Assembly (NCBI GenBank): GCA_963555815.3 | Contig: CAUVWX020000002.1 | Span: forward strand, 32,001 to 96,000 | Source of the DNA: a bacterium | GTDB taxonomy: Bacteria; UBA8248; JACPRG01; G963555815 | Direction of reading: 5' to 3' | DNA: 64,000 bases | Shown here: one piece after another, positions 60,448-64,000 of the stretch | Layout: the number at the start of each line of letters is the position of its first letter | Position numbering within the stretch: position 1 is the stretch's first letter | Notes under the pieces: generated by a model | What the model saw: the letters and a program-made list of their open reading frames with translations, nothing else | Databases searched by the model: none | Told to the model about the DNA's origin: nothing | Translations under genes and position numbers: made by a program

Positions 60448-60529
60448 CTTCGGGGACTGTCGAGCAGCGGCCCTTGCTGTCGAAGACGAGAACCTGCGAC
60501 CCCCACAAGTTCTGGCGAGGACATGGCAG

Positions 60530-62275
60530 GTGAAAGGATCTAGGCAGAATTTCCAAAAAGAGTTTCTTATCTTGATCGCCATCCTGGTCGGGGCGGGACT
60601 TCTTCGTTTCTACTCTCTTGGACACCCCTTTTATCATACCGATGAGGCCGCTCAGCTTCTCTCCTCTCTCCGGCTGTATCAGACAACTCCATTTCAGTTC
60701 TCGCCTCTCGCGTCCAATTTCTTTGCCCAGATTTTTTCCTATCAGTATGGTTTTGCCTCGGTAACCCTCCCATTTTTCTTCTACTGGATTCTCTCAACCC
60801 TGGGCATCCCCCTTCGGGAGTGGGTCCTCATCTTGCCGAGCACGCTCGCGGGGATGGCCGCTATTGTGATGGTCTACGTTCTGGGACGCCGGCTCTTTTC
60901 ACCAGGGGCGGGCCTTTTGGCGGCGGCCCTCTTGGCCGTCCTCCCCGAGGCGGTGGCCCACTCGCGAACCGTGCGCTGGATGAGCTACACAACCGTCGTC
61001 CAGGGCCTCACCGTCCTTGCCTTTGTCCGCTACTTTGAAAGGCCCACCCGAGGGAGGGCGTATCTGGCCTCGGCCGCCATCGCCCTTGAGATGGGAACCA
61101 ATAACACCTTTCCTTTCACCCTTCTGGCCGTCGGAGTCCTTGGACTCATCACCCTCGGGCCACAAGGGGGATCGACTTTCTGGGCGCGGCTCCGCGAGCT
61201 GCTGAGGAGCCTGCTTCGGCCGGCGGTATGGATCTTTCCGGTGGTCGTCCTCGGCATCTACTCCCTCCAATACACCTTGTCTTATCGCACAGGATTTCCC
61301 GTGGGCTTTCTGCAGCGGATCCTGGAGAAGCCCGATGGAATCGGTTCCTATGGCGAGATCTTTTGGCCGGCAGCGTTTTTGGCCTTCACGCCCCTCGTCT
61401 GTCTTGCCCTGGGGGGTGCCCTCCTCTTTGTCCTCTTTCGGTTTCGGGCCCGCCCTCACCTTCTATTCCCCGCGGTGTGGTTAACGACGATGGCCGGGGC
61501 AAGCCTGCTCTTCGTCCCCTTAGGCCGGTTCAAAATGTTGCTGATGATGGTTCCGGCGGTCCTCCTTCTGGGGGCGGTCTTTTCTGATGTGGCCTCTCTG
61601 AGCGGGCGGGTCTTCTCTTCAGCCCGGACCGCTGGTCGGTTGGCCGTGGGGGGCCTGGTGGGTCTTCTTGTCCTCTCTCCCCTGAGCTATACCCTGGCGG
61701 AGAACTTCCGATTGGACCCCCTGAGGCTTGGACTTCGTCCTGGCGTCGGTGCGGTGGGGGTGGGGGACCGGAACCGGGCCATGAAGACGGTAGGCTACTA
61801 CCTTCGGAAGCTCACCCCCCCGGAGAGCACCGTCTTTACGCCCGGTAAGGTATATGAGCGGACCATGCCCTCGGAACTCTACTTTGGCAAGCGAGTGCTC
61901 AAGGGAAGCGAGGGGGAACCGACCCTCTTCCTCACTATCCCCGAGGCCCGTGGGCAGCGCGTAGACTATGTCGTCATTTTCGAGGACGGGCCCTTTCTCT
62001 CAGAAAACGATCGGGGCTTAAACGAGGGGGCGAGGCGCCAGGCCCGAGAGTGGGGGATGAGGCTGGTGGCCAGGGTGCGGGACGGTGAAGACGTCCTGGC
62101 CGTCATCTACGGAAAGGAAGGAGAGGTCCAAGACCTCGACGTGAAGATCTATGATCCCCTGTTTGACCGGGAGTTCACCAATATCCGCCGGTGGGCTCCT
62201 GACTTCTACCTGGGCGGTTTCAAGATGGCGCGCTCCCCGCTCTTGGGGTTTTCGGAAGAGAGGGGGGAGGTTTAA
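60530..62275 (+). CDS. GT-C (ArnT/PMT-like) membrane glycosyltransferase
   Basis: LRFY.LG....TDEA, LPS.LAG...VY.LGRRLF, LLA..P....SR..R, many TM helices, periplasmic C-domain. Confidence 0.8.
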   Translation: MKGSRQNFQKEFLILIAILVGAGLLRFYSLGHPFYHTDEAAQLLSSLRLYQTTPFQFSPLASNFFAQIFSYQYGFASVTLPFFFYWILSTLGIPLREWVLILPSTLAGMAAIVMVYVLGRRLFSPGAGLLAAALLAVLPEAVAHSRTVRWMSYTTVVQGLTVLAFVRYFERPTRGRAYLASAAIALEMGTNNTFPFTLLAVGVLGLITLGPQGGSTFWARLRELLRSLLRPAVWIFPVVVLGIYSLQYTLSYRTGFPVGFLQRILEKPDGIGSYGEIFWPAAFLAFTPLVCLALGGALLFVLFRFRARPHLLFPAVWLTTMAGASLLFVPLGRFKMLLMMVPAVLLLGAVFSDVASLSGRVFSSARTAGRLAVGGLVGLLVLSPLSYTLAENFRLDPLRLGLRPGVGAVGVGDRNRAMKTVGYYLRKLTPPESTVFTPGKVYERTMPSELYFGKRVLKGSEGEPTLFLTIPEARGQRVDYVVIFEDGPFLSENDRGLNEGARRQAREWGMRLVARVRDGEDVLAVIYGKEGEVQDLDVKIYDPLFDREFTNIRRWAPDFYLGGFKMARSPLLGFSEERGEV

Positions 62276-62287
62276 GCTGGAGGGCGG

Positions 62288-62916
62288 TCAGGAGCTCGGC
62301 AAAAGATCTCTTTCGACGAGAAATTCCCGGATGGCCCTGGCGGCGATCTGACCGCCGAGCCGGTTGATGTGCGGGTTTCCCGGTCGAATGCTGATGGTTT
62401 CTCCCTCCAATCCGCGGTAATGAGGATAGAGGTCGAGGACGAGGATTCCCTTCTCCTCAGCTGCCTGTTGGACCCTGCGGTGGGTTTCGAAGAGAAGGTT
62501 AGTGCTCACCTGTGAGGATACCAGACTCCTACATGGGGAAGATCGCCAGGACGACATTCATCCCCCCCGCCTTCCTGGAACACCTCGCACGGGTCGTTGA
62601 GGATATAACCAATCAACACCAGGTCCGGCGAGGATTTGAGGGCACAATTGTTCAGATGATGAAGCTCATCGCACGAGTCATAGCCCGGGACGCCGTGCTT
62701 CGAGATGCACTCTCGATTCGGGGCGAGAGTATAGTTCTGGTCCATCGTAGAAGCGTACCTATTCAATTTTGCGCAACTACCCCAGTCTAAAAGGCCGGAG
62801 GAGATGGTGCCCCGAATGGTGACTTCCCCCAGTAAAAACAAGACCACCATCGCACCCAAAAGGAGAGAAAAATTTTGAGCGAGAGCCACTCCGCGTCGGC
62901 GACCGAGGCTCCCCAT
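62288..62916 (-). pseudogene. SGNH/GDSL hydrolase remnant
   Basis: N-terminal TM with GE..IR, block II GVPGY, block III PDLVL.GY.LND, block V H.N..G...A; GDS block missing; internal stops and frame changes. Confidence 0.65.
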
Positions 62917-63083
62917 TTCCATTTCCCTTTGTCTAGGGCCTACCGTGGCGAAAATTCTGGCATACGCGACGCCAATTCGCCTGAAATTGACTGACTCGCG
63001 CCCTCTGTGTATAGTCCTTGAACAGGCCGCGGCCGGGTTTTTCAGGGCAAGCGGCTGAACCGCCTCAACCGGACGTGTGAAGA

Positions 63084-64000
63084 TTGAATTCACCTCACAG
63101 CTCTGATCGCGCTCCCTTTTGGAAACTTGTCTTCGCCTCCCTGGTCTTTGTGGTCTTGGCGGAAGTCCTGAAGCCCCACCTCTACCGGGATGAGCTGCCG
63201 GGCTGGTGGGTGGTTTTTGTCTTCTGGGGTTTCTGTTTCGCCTTTGCCGAGTTCGTCCGACCCAGCTCCGCCCAGCGCCCCCATTGGACCATCCCAGCCG
63301 GCTCCCATTTGGCCGTCCTGGCGGGCCTCTTCCTGGTCATCTTCTACCCCCTTCGGCCCGGGATGCTCGAACCCTGGGCCTATCCTTCTTCGGGCCTCCC
63401 GGCCTGGCTCTTGCGGGTGGCCCTTCTCTTGATCCTGGGGGCCTGCGGGGGGGCCTTCGCTCGAACCTGGCGGGCGGGCGAAGGTTTGACCCCCTCCCTG
63501 GCGCCCTGTCTTCCACTCACTTTATTGTTCCTGGTGTGGGTGGGACGAGGCCTGGGAGGTGGTCTGGTGACCCCCGCCGTTGAAGGGTTTACGCTCTTTG
63601 GCGTGGCAGGTGTTCTGCTCTTCGTCTCCCGAGGGACCCGGGCCGCTCAAGTCGCCAAGAATTTGGCGTCTGGCCTCTGGCGGGAACCCTTCTTTCTCGT
63701 CTTTCTATTTCTCTTTGCGACCTCTCTTCGAGCCCTCTTCGCCTTCCAGCTCATGCAAGCGGACCTCGACCCTCGCTTCCTTGCGGGACCGGACAGCGGG
63801 ACGTACGACATTGCGGCCTGGGGGCTAACGAGCGGGGAATACGGATTTCTGGACCGAAAACTCCCCATCTTCTTTCACAACCCTGGCCCGACCCTCTTTT
63901 ACTCTGGGGTCTATTGGATCATCGGCCACCAGCCTGACGTGATTCGCTTCCTCCAGGCAGTGATGGGCGGCGTGACGTGCCTCTTCGTCTACTGGATCGG
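63084..64000 (+). CDS. GT-C (ArnT-like) membrane glycosyltransferase, 3' truncated by window edge; not in the ORF track
   Basis: Open frame from TTG 63084 to the end: many TM helices, LR..F, GPDSGTYD.AA, PG...FY..VY..G, LQA..G..TC..VYWIG. Confidence 0.7.
   Translation, partial: MNSPHSSDRAPFWKLVFASLVFVVLAEVLKPHLYRDELPGWWVVFVFWGFCFAFAEFVRPSSAQRPHWTIPAGSHLAVLAGLFLVIFYPLRPGMLEPWAYPSSGLPAWLLRVALLLILGACGGAFARTWRAGEGLTPSLAPCLPLTLLFLVWVGRGLGGGLVTPAVEGFTLFGVAGVLLFVSRGTRAAQVAKNLASGLWREPFFLVFLFLFATSLRALFAFQLMQADLDPRFLAGPDSGTYDIAAWGLTSGEYGFLDRKLPIFFHNPGPTLFYSGVYWIIGHQPDVIRFLQAVMGGVTCLFVYWI

Noticed and set aside
1..64000. CRISPR arrays, transposases, integrases, tRNA/rRNA, phage or defence genes
   Set aside because: None recognised by eye; no regularly spaced repeats. 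A covariance or HMM scan would be needed to exclude short RNAs.

Overview
GC-rich chromosomal segment of a diderm (LPS-producing) bacterium. The deltaproteobacterial/Nitrospinota-like impression comes from gene order and the FtsZ tail only and is not established. Bases 1-48 kb are intact housekeeping genes: lpxB-DUF374-waaA-lpxK, lptFG, rsmD, a 2-oxoacid dehydrogenase E1a/E1b/E2 set, a coproheme-decarboxylase-like gene, a near-complete dcw operon (mraZ to ftsZ, no ddl) with an MraZ-box promoter, a degenerate cobS, panB with a pan RNA motif and attenuator, pepA, ubiX, a glcD-like oxidase, shc-hpnG-like-sulfatase-like genes and an Omp85 barrel. Bases 48-64 kb form an accessory surface-glycosylation region: a carbamoyltransferase, a polyprenol-P sugar synthase-like GT2, a GDP-sugar dehydratase/ColD-like/Fcl-like trio (possible 3,6-dideoxyhexose pathway) and five GT-C membrane glycosyltransferases. 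Many of these genes are broken by single-base indels in homopolymers or by point lesions. Most notable: (1) a 53-aa Flp pilin, absent from the ORF track, inserted between mraZ and rsmH inside the division operon; (2) the multi-GT-C/dideoxy-sugar/carbamoyl module; (3) several enzymes with lost catalytic motifs (CobS, HldE-kinase-like, sulfatase-like). No rRNA, tRNA, CRISPR array or transposase was recognised. All family assignments are from motif recognition by eye, without database searches.
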